Shown piece by piece: positions 48,964-58,112 of a DNA stretch of 64,000 nucleotides. The translations under genes and the position numbers were made by a program. Source of the DNA: Candidatus Hydrogenedentota bacterium (GTDB lineage Bacteria; Hydrogenedentota; Hydrogenedentia; Hydrogenedentales; SLHB01); contig CAVUWV010000011.1 in assembly GCA_963745075.1 (NCBI GenBank), forward strand, positions 125,298 to 189,297. Direction: 5' to 3'. The stretch's first letter is position 1. The number at the start of each line of letters is the position of its first letter. Under the pieces are notes generated by a model. It saw only the letters and a program-made list of their open reading frames with translations, was not told the DNA's origin and made no database searches.

Positions 48964-50373
48964 CTAATCCCGGTCGACGGCCCATTCCACACCGGCGTCG
49001 GCCTGGGCGCAGCTCAGATGGTCGTGACACGCCTCGCGCGTTTCGGCCAAGCAGAGAAACTGTCCTTTATGCACGAGACCATCCGATCCAAAGTTGAAAT
49101 TGACCGGAAGCACACCGTGCGTGGCGCCGGGGCGATACAGATGACCGTGATTCCCTAGCATGGCGAGAACTGCAGCACCGGAGACGGGTTCCCGGAGTCG
49201 CAGGTTGCGGTGCAGCCACGCACCTTCCGGCATAAAATTCCGCGCGAGTACCGCGGGATACGTCGCGCCCGTGACGCGGGCGTTTATTTCGCACACATAG
49301 ACTTCGGGCACGCGTTGCGTGTCACGTTCAACCACCAGAAAGTCCGCGCTGGCGGTTCCGCGATACCCTACGCTATGGAGCCACCGCGCGGCGGCCCCGG
49401 CCTGCCGCGTGAGCTCCTCGCGAAGACCCGGAACTTCGTGCAAATACGCCGGCGGTGATTCGTTGCCTTCATGGACGCTGGCGGAACTGAGAATCTGCTC
49501 GGTTACGTCGTACAGGCTCGCGGACGTGTCGGAAATAAAGATCTGTACGCTGGGGCTGTGGATCCCGCGCACGTCCCCATGGCCCGGTTCCATCCACCCT
49601 TGCACGAGGCATGGCCCCTCGTAAAAAAGATACTCCGGTACCGCTAAGTCACTTAATCCTTGCTTGATGTTCTTCAGCTTTCGCATCCCGATACCGGATG
49701 CGCCAACCTGTGCCTTGACCACCGCCGATCGAAACCCACGCCGGGCCAGTTCGCGCGCGCACCGCCCAACGTCCTTTGCCGACTCCGCAATGCAGGTATC
49801 GACGACAGGTAGTCCGATTTCCTCAAGATACCGGTGGAGTAACAGTTTGTTGTTGCCGCATCGACTCCCGGCCTCCGTCGTAATGGTACGTTTACCCAAC
49901 TGTTTGGCAATCTCCACGAGCGTGCCGTCCGTTACGAAACCGTCCGCCCATTGGCTTCTATGCCGAGCCAAGGCATGTACGCCATCTCCGCGATCCGCAC
50001 CGTCGACGGACGATTCTTCGCCGAGCTTCACGAATTCCTCGCGGGTCATGACATGCAATTTCGGCAGCGACAACCCGAGCGATTCCCGGAAGTACGCGCA
50101 CAAACTTGCGTCCGGTTCGCACGGAAGCACGAGCAGGTTGTTGGGCTTCTTGAACAAGAGATTCAGGATAGGCGCCAACCGACCGCCGTAGGAGTTAATT
50201 TCCCCGACCTCTTCCCGTAACGTCGCGGTCCCACCTTCATTGCCAAAGAAGAGGGAGAGCAGATTCGCGAAGAACGTCACATTGCGGTGCCAGAACACGG
50301 GCAACCGGCCGCCTGTGTCGCAGACCTCGACTACGGAAGGCGGCGTATTGCCGGAAGTTCGCGCCGTCGTCAT
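48964..50373 (-). CDS. ATP-grasp ligase, pre-ATP-grasp/PGM1-like peptide ligase type
   Basis: NNK, VVKAQVGASGIG, LVQGW, SPSVQ, EQIL...HEGN, GYRG....DF, CEINARVTGATY. Confidence 0.8.
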   Translation of the reverse strand: MTTARTSGNTPPSVVEVCDTGGRLPVFWHRNVTFFANLLSLFFGNEGGTATLREEVGEINSYGGRLAPILNLLFKKPNNLLVLPCEPDASLCAYFRESLGLSLPKLHVMTREEFVKLGEESSVDGADRGDGVHALARHRSQWADGFVTDGTLVEIAKQLGKRTITTEAGSRCGNNKLLLHRYLEEIGLPVVDTCIAESAKDVGRCARELARRGFRSAVVKAQVGASGIGMRKLKNIKQGLSDLAVPEYLFYEGPCLVQGWMEPGHGDVRGIHSPSVQIFISDTSASLYDVTEQILSSASVHEGNESPPAYLHEVPGLREELTRQAGAAARWLHSVGYRGTASADFLVVERDTQRVPEVYVCEINARVTGATYPAVLARNFMPEGAWLHRNLRLREPVSGAAVLAMLGNHGHLYRPGATHGVLPVNFNFGSDGLVHKGQFLCLAETREACHDHLSCAQADAGVEWAVDRD

Positions 50374-50665
50374 GGAGCGGAATCCTCGGGTAAGCGGGCA
50401 ACGATGCTCGTCGCGTCACACAAGACCGTCTACGCGGCACATGCTGATGGTTTCGCCTGCGATTGTCAATCGGGTCGCTTCGGTGGAGCGTGACCGTCGC
50501 CGCGCATTCACCCATTATCTCACCAACAATCACACTGGCGAAAATGCTGGTTCAACGTGGTAGAATGTTTTCGGCATCGCGCACGCGAGAGCATGACGGT
50601 TCGTGGAATCCGAGCGCCACTCCCGGAATCGTAACGGATTCCTCGATTCGTCGGTAGGGGGGGAC

Positions 50666-51566
50666 ATGCCGCGGGAAGATCTCTTCAAGATTCTATTGGA
50701 CAACTTGCGCGAGGGGGTCTATTTCACCAATACGCAGCGCCAAATTGAGTATTGGAACCTGGCCGCGGAACGTATCACCGGTTTTGAGAGTGAAGAGGTC
50801 GTCGGGCATTGTTGTGCCGACAACATATTGACCCACGTGGACGACGAAGGCCGTTCTCTGTGCCGTGGGGACTGTCCGCTGGCGGCGACGATCCGCGACG
50901 GGAAAGAGCGGCAAGCCAAGGTTTTTCTTCATCACAAAGAGGGCCATCGGGTACCGGTGAGCGTATCGATCGCCCCGATTCGCGACGAAAACGGTGATGT
51001 CATCGGTGGATTGGAGACGTTTCACGACATCACCACCGAGTTGGCCGCGTTGCAAGAGATGGAATCGCTCCGGGAACAATCCCTTTTGTGCCCGTTGACG
51101 GGCGTTGGCAACCGGCGCTATTCCGAAATCATCGTCGAGCAACGAATTGCTGAAACTTCACGAACCGGCGCGAGCCTGGCGGTGCTTTTTCTCGATATTG
51201 ACGGCTTTAAGGGTATCAACGACACGTACGGCCATAAGACCGGTAACGTCGATGTTGAAGGTGGTGGCGCGCACGCTGGCCGGCGCCATGCGCACGTATG
51301 ACTTTCTCGGAAGATGGGGTGGAGAGGAATTCCTCGGCCTCGCTCCCAATCTTCGAAAGATCGAATTGGAGCGATACGCCGATCGGCTGCGAGCCCTGGT
51401 CGAAGCGTCGAGCCAACGCCTCAGCAAGGGCCAGTTAACCGTTACCGTCTCCATTGGTGCGACGCTGGTTCAACCCGAGGACACGATAGAGTCGATTGTC
51501 GCCCGGGCCGATAGGCTGATGTACTCCAGCAAACGCCACGGCAGGAACCGGGTTACGGTGGGGTAA
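50666..51566 (+). CDS. PAS-GGDEF diguanylate cyclase, frameshifted near 51250
   Basis: PAS motif (YWNLAAERITGF..EEVVG), PLTGVGNRR, DIDGFKGINDTYGH; second frame RWGGEEF, TVSIG, RADRLMY.SK..GRN. Confidence 0.9.
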
Positions 51567-51586
51567 CCCCGCGCACGTACCGTGCC

Positions 51587-52123
51587 TCAGTTCTTGCTGA
51601 ATTCCACGCGGCGGTTCTTCGACCAAGCCGACTCGGTATGACCGGGATCGGTGGGATATTCCTCCCCGTAGCTGATCGTGGTGAGCGCCTGTCCGTCGAC
51701 TCCGAGGCGCACCAACTGCTGTTTGACAGCCAGTGCGCGATGTTCGCCGAGGGCGAGATTGTATTCGGCCGTACCGCGCTCGTCACAGTGGCCTTCCAGC
51801 ATGAGCGGAATCGGATGCGACCGCATTTGTGCAGCGTACCGCCGCAGCGCGGCGAGGGTCTCGTCGGTCAACGCGTGGCTGTCGTAGGTGAAATACACGG
51901 GATTATACGATGACCGTGGAAAACCATTTCCCACGTCTCCGACGATGACCGACGATTGCGCCTCCTGCGTATTATCACCCGTATGCGCATCGGTGTACCC
52001 GGCAAAGGCATCCTGGGCGAAAATCGGATGGACGGTGGATTGGCGGGCGCACCCGGCGAGTTGGCATCCCAGTATCGCGGTGCCCACGAGCGCCCACGAC
52101 GAACAAAGTACGACATAACGCAT
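51587..52123 (-). CDS. OmpA-family peptidoglycan-associated lipoprotein (Pal-like)
   Basis: VYF.YD, EGHCDERGTAEYNLALGE.RA, ISYGEE.P, WSKNRRVEF; LAGC lipobox. Confidence 0.9.
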   Translation of the reverse strand: MRYVVLCSSWALVGTAILGCQLAGCARQSTVHPIFAQDAFAGYTDAHTGDNTQEAQSSVIVGDVGNGFPRSSYNPVYFTYDSHALTDETLAALRRYAAQMRSHPIPLMLEGHCDERGTAEYNLALGEHRALAVKQQLVRLGVDGQALTTISYGEEYPTDPGHTESAWSKNRRVEFSKN

Positions 52124-52270
52124 GGCGGAAGAAACCTCCCACGTTGACGAGGCCACAGTTTCCCAGTCCACGGGTTCTTTAATCCACGAAAGACGTATCC
52201 GGTTTCCTCGCACGGTCCACAAACGGTGCACGAGTGCAAGCGACGCGGGGGGTATTTGGTTATTGGGCGC

Positions 52271-52453
52271 TCACGGCATCCAGGCGGATTGTCCCAGCCC
52301 AAGCGTCTTATGGCAATGGGGACAGAAGTAGACGTACTTCTCCGTTACTTTGAAAAAGCCTTTATCGAACTGCCGCGCGATAATCTCGCGGAGTTCCGCT
52401 TCGCAGTGAGGACAGAGGGGATACTCGTTATCTCGTGCTTTCTTCAGTTCCAT
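52271..52453 (-). CDS. Small zinc-finger protein (60 aa)
   Basis: Two CPHC motifs; purine-rich RBS upstream; co-oriented between the sulfatase and Pal-like genes. Confidence 0.75.
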   Translation of the reverse strand: MELKKARDNEYPLCPHCEAELREIIARQFDKGFFKVTEKYVYFCPHCHKTLGLGQSAWMP

Positions 52454-52477
52454 GGTGTTCCCCCGTGTGTGGCGACA

Positions 52478-53866
52478 CTACGACTTCCGCACATAGGTCT
52501 CGCCCAGTTTGTAGTCGTCGGACGGCACGTAGGCCTCGCGCATGTACGCATCGATCTTCGCGACCACGTCGGGGTGTTGTTCGGCCACATCGTTGCGTTC
52601 GCCAGGATCTTTCACGACATCGTATAATTCGAGCGGGGCATCCGCGCCTACGCGTAAGGCTTTCCAATCGCCCCAACGCAGCGCCTGCATGTAGGTCTCG
52701 CGCTGGTGTCCGTAGTCCCAGTAGAGATAGGTGTGCTGCTCCGTCTGCTCCAGGCCCAATAGCGCGGGAAGCATCGAAATGCCATCGATCGCGTTCGGTA
52801 CCGGCAACCCCGCCACCTCGGCCAGCGTCGGCATCACGTCCCAGAACGCCATAATCTGATCGCTGGTGCGTCCCGCCGGGATCTTCCCCGGCCACCGGGC
52901 GATCATCGGTACCCGAATGCCGCCTTCGTTCAGGTCGCGTTTGAACCCGCGGAAGGGCCCCGTGCTGTTGAAGAAATTGGGGTCGTGACTCTTCGTTTCG
53001 CAAGGACCGTTGTCACTGGTAAAGATGATTAACGTGTTTTCATCGAGTCCGAGTTCCTTGACCAAGTCCACGATACGGCCCACGTCGCGGTCCAACCGCG
53101 TAATCATCGCCGCGTAATTCTTCTCCGTCTGAGGCCAGTCGCGGTCGGAATAGGGTTCGTCCGACGGCACCATCTGCGACAACGGCGAATCTTTCGGATA
53201 ATCCGACCAGTGGGGAATCGTATATGGAAGATAGAGGAAGAATGGATCGTCCGCATGCTCCTCGATGAAATGAACGGCATGTTCGGTGAAGAGATCGTGC
53301 GTGTATTCCTTTCGCTTGCCGCCGCGGTTGCCGAATAGCAGTTTGACTTTATCGTTTTCCCAGAGATAGTCGGGATAATAGAAATGCGCCTGGTCCTGGT
53401 TGAGGTGCCCGTAGAAGTAGTCAAAACCCTGGTAATTGGCGATTCCCCAGGAGCCGGGTTCGCCCAAGCTCCACTTGCCGATGGCGCCCGACGCGTAGCC
53501 CGCTTGCTTCAGTACTTCGGCGACGGTCACGTCGTCCGGGCGCAGGAAGATCTCGTGTGGGATGTTGTCGCGAATGCGGGCGTGCCCGCCGTGCATGCCC
53601 GTCATCAGACAGCACCGGCTCGGCGCGCATACCGTCGAGCCGGAGTAGCATTGCGTGAATCGCGTGCCTTCCGCGGCGAGTCGATCAATGTTGGGCGTCT
53701 GGATCTCTTTCTGGCCGTAGCATCCGATGTCGCCGTAGCCGAGATCGTCCGCCATGATGAAGATGATGTTCGGTCGTTTTGTAACCTGCGCCCACGTCGC
53801 GTTTCCCACCATGGACCCGGCGAGGACACTCGTGCTTACCTGGGCCAGAAATTGTCGTCGATTCAC
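52478..53866 (-). CDS. Tat-exported formylglycine-dependent sulfatase
   Basis: NRRQFL Tat motif, PNIIFIMADDLGYGD, CAPSR, GKW, SDNG, EGGIRVP. Confidence 0.95.
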   Translation of the reverse strand: MNRRQFLAQVSTSVLAGSMVGNATWAQVTKRPNIIFIMADDLGYGDIGCYGQKEIQTPNIDRLAAEGTRFTQCYSGSTVCAPSRCCLMTGMHGGHARIRDNIPHEIFLRPDDVTVAEVLKQAGYASGAIGKWSLGEPGSWGIANYQGFDYFYGHLNQDQAHFYYPDYLWENDKVKLLFGNRGGKRKEYTHDLFTEHAVHFIEEHADDPFFLYLPYTIPHWSDYPKDSPLSQMVPSDEPYSDRDWPQTEKNYAAMITRLDRDVGRIVDLVKELGLDENTLIIFTSDNGPCETKSHDPNFFNSTGPFRGFKRDLNEGGIRVPMIARWPGKIPAGRTSDQIMAFWDVMPTLAEVAGLPVPNAIDGISMLPALLGLEQTEQHTYLYWDYGHQRETYMQALRWGDWKALRVGADAPLELYDVVKDPGERNDVAEQHPDVVAKIDAYMREAYVPSDDYKLGETYVRKS

Positions 53867-54067
53867 GATTGATTTCCCCTCGTTGAAATCTGCGCCTGCG
53901 TCCACACGTGATGCATCAGATTCGATCAGCGACGAGGAAATGTCAAATAGTCGACCAGCGCACGAACGACGGTGGAGTCGTTTTGTAACCTTTGATCCTA
54001 TCTCGGTGTACCTATAGATGTCCGTAATCGGGGCGTTCGATGGAGATCCGACCAAGGAGTTCGTGCG

Positions 54068-55054
54068 GTGCGGAATTTGAGCCTATCGGTAGCCGTATTC
54101 ATCTTGGTTCTTGCATGTGCCGGTTGCCCGAACACGCGCGGCACATGGGTTGAAGAACAAACGATTTCCGTGGGCGAAACAACGCGATACTTCCGCTACT
54201 ACCTGCCGCAGGGCCTAGGCGGACCGCATCCCGTGGTGTTCCTGCTTCACGGCGGCACGCAGGACATGCAATCAATCTTTAATCGAAACGCCGGGGGTAC
54301 TCAAGAGTGGCAATCCATCGCGGACGATGAGAAGTTCTTGTTGATCGTCCCCAACGGCGTGAATGGCGAGACTGGTGAAGCCTGGGGCGACGATCAGAAT
54401 TGGAATGATTGCCGTGGCGATGCGCCCGCGATCGATTCGGATGTGGACGATGTCGCGTTCATCAGTGCCCTGATTGACTGGGCACAAGCCAATTTCGATG
54501 TCGATGCCGACCGCGTGTATTCGACCGGCGCGTCGAATGGCGGCAAGATGTCGTACCGGCTCGCGCGCGAGCTGGACAACCGCATCGCGGCTATCGCGGC
54601 GTTTATCGCGAACGAGGCTGCGGTCGATGTGTGCGACGATCCGCAATCGCCCATTTCCGTGTTCATGTGCAACGGTACGGACGACCCCTTACAACAATGG
54701 GAGGGCGGAGCAATTCCCGGTGGACGCGGCACGTCCATTTCGGCCCTGGCCACGCGGGACTATTGGATTGCTCACAACCATTGCGTCTCGGATCCCTCCG
54801 AAACGGTCATGTACCCGGATGCGAATTCGAATGACGGCTGCACGATCAAGAGAGAGCTGTTCACCGGGGGCGACGAAGGTACGGAGGTCATGTTCTACAC
54901 GGTACAGGGTGGCGGTCATACCATGCCCAGCATCGCGCATCCCGTACCCAACTGGATACTCGGCACCGGGCTGTTCGGTAACCAGAACCGTGACATCGAA
55001 GGCGCGCGGCACGCGTGGGCGTTTCTCGCGCGGCAGCGGTTGGGAGCGGTCTAG
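54068..55054 (+). CDS. Lipoprotein esterase, PHB depolymerase/LpqC-like
   Basis: CAGC lipobox, LLHG, DDVAFI, TGASNGG, GT.DP, GGGH. Confidence 0.88.
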   Translation: MRNLSLSVAVFILVLACAGCPNTRGTWVEEQTISVGETTRYFRYYLPQGLGGPHPVVFLLHGGTQDMQSIFNRNAGGTQEWQSIADDEKFLLIVPNGVNGETGEAWGDDQNWNDCRGDAPAIDSDVDDVAFISALIDWAQANFDVDADRVYSTGASNGGKMSYRLARELDNRIAAIAAFIANEAAVDVCDDPQSPISVFMCNGTDDPLQQWEGGAIPGGRGTSISALATRDYWIAHNHCVSDPSETVMYPDANSNDGCTIKRELFTGGDEGTEVMFYTVQGGGHTMPSIAHPVPNWILGTGLFGNQNRDIEGARHAWAFLARQRLGAV

Positions 55055-55099
55055 TCCGGTTCTCGGTAACATCGGCCAAGTTCCGTAAGCGACATAACG

Positions 55100-55146
55100 T
55101 ATAGGACATATGGGACTTATGGGTCCTATAGGTCTCATACTTCCTA
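55100..55146. repeat. Palindromic tandem 9-mer element
   Basis: TATAGGACA TATGGGACT TATG, then the inverted-type units GGTCCTATA GGTCTCATA CTTCCTA. Confidence 0.65.
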
Positions 55147-55213
55147 TTTCTCGCCAACCGGCCTCGCCGTCGCTTCCTGGACCCGACCCGATCAACGGGG
55201 AGCAAAATTCTTC

Positions 55214-55243
55214 TTGACATCGCCTACGTATGTAGGCTATAGT
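55214..55243 (+). promoter_or_regulatory. sigma70 promoter with BlaI/CopY-type palindromic operator
   Basis: TTGACA (55214) - N18 - TATAGT (55238). The spacer contains GCCTAC-GTAT-GTAGGC, and a further GTAGGC half-site lies at 55252. Confidence 0.8.
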
Positions 55244-55278
55244 ACCAATAAGTAGGCGAAAGAACAACGAGGTACGCC

Positions 55279-55689
55279 ATGACTGAAAAACCGCGAAACC
55301 CGGAGGTCCCCCGGCTCTCTGAGCTTGAATGGGAAATCCTTAAACCATTGTGGGACAACGGTCCCATGGCTGCGCGCGACATCTACGACCAAGTGTCCGA
55401 AGACCACGACTGGGCCTACAAGACGGTCAAAACCATGCTGGCCCGGTTGGTCAAAAAGGGCGCGCTCGCCTACGACCAAATCGGGAATTCCTATCTCTAC
55501 CGGCCCGCCTTCGACCGGGAAGAGGTGACCGGCGAAGCGACGCGGTCGTTCATCCGGCGGGTGTTCGATGGCGCACTAAATCCCTTTATCGCGCACTTCG
55601 CCGAGCATGCGTCACCGGAGGAATTGCAGGTGATCCGGGCGGAGTTGGCGCGCATCGAGAAAGAACGAACACAGGGGACGGAACCATGA
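55279..55689 (+). CDS. BlaI/MecI/CopY family repressor
   Basis: LSELEWEILKPLW, WAYKTVKTMLARLVKKG, YLYRP, FIRRVFDG. Confidence 0.95.
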   Translation: MTEKPRNPEVPRLSELEWEILKPLWDNGPMAARDIYDQVSEDHDWAYKTVKTMLARLVKKGALAYDQIGNSYLYRPAFDREEVTGEATRSFIRRVFDGALNPFIAHFAEHASPEELQVIRAELARIEKERTQGTEP

Positions 55690-58046
55690 ACGGGTGGATC
55701 GACGCACTGAATCGCGCTGCCGACGGATGGGGTCAGTGGATGTTTCACATGTCCTGGCAGGTGGCACTTATCGTGGCGATCGTATGGCTGGTATCGCGTG
55801 TCGCGTCGCGGCGATCGGCGCGGTTCCGCCATCTGCTCTGGGTGGCGGTCTTCCTCAAGCTGGTGCTTCCGCCGATGCTCGCGACGCCGTGGTCGGCCGG
55901 GAACGTCATCGCCGGAATCCCCGAAGACTACGTGCCCGATGCGCTGCGCGACGCGGGAACCGCGAGGCCGGGGAAAGAGGTTGAAACCGACTCCACCCCG
56001 CCGACAGCGCTCTCGACGCGATCGGCCGCGCCCGATGCCACGGTGCCTGAGTCTGCGCCAGTCATGCCCAGGCCCGCCCGTGTTGTCCGGCTGAGTGCGG
56101 TCGCCTGCTGCATGATTCTCTGGGCGTTTGTCGCGCTTGGGCTGGCTGTGGTTGTGGGTTGGCAGTACCGCCGGTTTGTGCGGATGGTGTGTCGACATGC
56201 GACTGCTGCGCCGGTTTCCATTCAGGCGGTGGTCAATGCCCAAACCGAACAACTCGGTGTATCCCGCACCGTCCCGGTTCTGGTTTCACCCGCGATCCAC
56301 ACGCCGGCAGTATTCGGTTTCCTGCGCCCGTCGATCTTTCTCCCCGCGAACTGGGAGGAACAATTCACGGCCGGCGATCTGGCGGGCATCCTCGCGCATG
56401 AAGTGGCGCATGTTAAACGCGGCGATTTGCCTGTCACGGTCATTGCCGCGATGTTGAGTTGCGTGTATTGGTTCCATCCAGCCGTGTGGTTTGCGAACCT
56501 GCAACAAAGGAGGGAACGGGAAATGGCGTGCGATGATGTAGTGCTCGAATCGAATCGCCAGCCGGGCAAGGCCTATGCTGCGTCACTGCTGCGGGCCGCG
56601 GAACATTTTACCGGTGAAACGCCGGCCGGCGCGGGATTCCTGGGCCTGTTGGAACTCTCGGACAATCTGCTTCACCGCGTACGGGCCGCGACCGACGTGA
56701 AACGTGCGCGGCGCATGGGATGGGGCTCCGCAACGGCACTGGTTGCGCTGTTACTCATCTTGCCCATGGGCGTATGGACGGCAACGGGCCAAGACCCCAA
56801 CGATGCTCAAAGCGCGGTCAATGCCGAGATCTCGGCCCATTACACGAAGGCAGACCCTGACGTGCAGGAGTATGTCCGGTGGACGGCAAGACAGTTTGGA
56901 AGGAGCGGACTCTGGTTGCCGGAGACCGCTTTCGACGATCTCACCGCGCAGCAACGGGAAGAAAAGATCACGTACTACGCCGAGGTACTGAACGGTGAGT
57001 ACGGACGGCACCAGTGCGGAGCCCTTGCCGCGGCAGGGGTTTTGAAGGACAAACGGTTGCTCCCCGGCGTGATTAAAGCCGCCACGTACCACCGTGACGA
57101 CAGTGATTACGATTGCCGGCCGAAGTGGATGGCCGTCGAAGCGCTGGGCCGGCTGGGCGATGAATCTGCAGTCCCTGCGTTGATTCAACTCGTCGACCAC
57201 GGCAACCAGAATACGCGCATGTGGGCGCGGGCATCGCTCGTGCGGCTCACCAGCCAGAACTTCAGTGACGACAAGATGGCTTGGGGAAAGTGGTGGAACG
57301 ATTCCGGCAAGGAACCGAAGATCGACTTGAGCGAACTCAAACCCTGGGCGCCTCCCGCGGGCGCCGCCGTATCCGCAGCACAGGCAACCGGCCCGGCTCC
57401 CGAGATCGCTTCCGTCTCGCCCGCCATCGGCGAGCAGGAGGTCGACCCCGCGACAACCGAGATTCGTGTGACCTTTGACCAGGATATGCGCATGAGCGGC
57501 TACTCGTGGACCGGCGGCGGCGAAATGTTTCCGAAGACGACCGGAAAACCGGAGTGGGTCGACAACCGGACCTGCGTGCTTCACGTGGCACTTGAAGCGG
57601 CGAAAATCTATCGCGTCGGGATCAATTCCAAAAGCCACCAGAATTTCCGGAGTCAAAACGGCATTCCGGCCCGGCCCCGCGCGATCTACTTTGCCACCAC
57701 GGGCGCCGATCCTGCCGAGATAGCTAAGCTCGTGCCGCCTGCGATCGTGTCCATGACTCCCGAAAGCGGCGCAACAAACGTCGCGCCAGGCACGGCCGCA
57801 TTGACGGTCACCTTTGACAAACCTATGGGCGGCGGCTTCTCGTGGGTGACGTTGGACGAGCACTTCCCGGATACGACAGACAAACCGCAATGGAATGACG
57901 ACCACACCGTCTGCACGCTCCCGGTCAGTCTCAAACCCAATACGTCGTACCGGTTGAGCCTGAACAGCGGCCGCCACATCAATTTCCAGAGTGCATCGGG
58001 GGTGCCTCTGGATCCCGTGGTATGGACGTTTTCAACGGCGCAATGA
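55686..58046 (+). CDS. BlaR1/M56 family sensor-protease with HEAT-like and two Ig-like extracytoplasmic domains
   Basis: PAVFGFLRP, HEVAH, YWFHP.VW, EREMACD; ALGRLGD..AVPALI HEAT repeat; two P.I.S.SP...TF...M...SW Ig-like repeats. ATGA overlap with the repressor gene. Confidence 0.92.
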   Translation: MNGWIDALNRAADGWGQWMFHMSWQVALIVAIVWLVSRVASRRSARFRHLLWVAVFLKLVLPPMLATPWSAGNVIAGIPEDYVPDALRDAGTARPGKEVETDSTPPTALSTRSAAPDATVPESAPVMPRPARVVRLSAVACCMILWAFVALGLAVVVGWQYRRFVRMVCRHATAAPVSIQAVVNAQTEQLGVSRTVPVLVSPAIHTPAVFGFLRPSIFLPANWEEQFTAGDLAGILAHEVAHVKRGDLPVTVIAAMLSCVYWFHPAVWFANLQQRREREMACDDVVLESNRQPGKAYAASLLRAAEHFTGETPAGAGFLGLLELSDNLLHRVRAATDVKRARRMGWGSATALVALLLILPMGVWTATGQDPNDAQSAVNAEISAHYTKADPDVQEYVRWTARQFGRSGLWLPETAFDDLTAQQREEKITYYAEVLNGEYGRHQCGALAAAGVLKDKRLLPGVIKAATYHRDDSDYDCRPKWMAVEALGRLGDESAVPALIQLVDHGNQNTRMWARASLVRLTSQNFSDDKMAWGKWWNDSGKEPKIDLSELKPWAPPAGAAVSAAQATGPAPEIASVSPAIGEQEVDPATTEIRVTFDQDMRMSGYSWTGGGEMFPKTTGKPEWVDNRTCVLHVALEAAKIYRVGINSKSHQNFRSQNGIPARPRAIYFATTGADPAEIAKLVPPAIVSMTPESGATNVAPGTAALTVTFDKPMGGGFSWVTLDEHFPDTTDKPQWNDDHTVCTLPVSLKPNTSYRLSLNSGRHINFQSASGVPLDPVVWTFSTAQ

Positions 58047-58112
58047 GGGGGATCGATGTGAAGTGAACGGGCACACCGCGAAGGTGGCGCCGAACAATAG
58101 GGGGAATGAACT

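Noticed and set aside
16783..51566. Calling the seven frameshifted genes pseudogenes
   Set aside because: Each has a single indel, intact motifs and no additional stops, so an assembly artefact is more parsimonious until reads are checked.
55279..58046. Beta-lactam resistance locus (blaI/blaR1/blaZ)
   Set aside because: No penicillin-binding sensor domain is evident and no beta-lactamase lies nearby.
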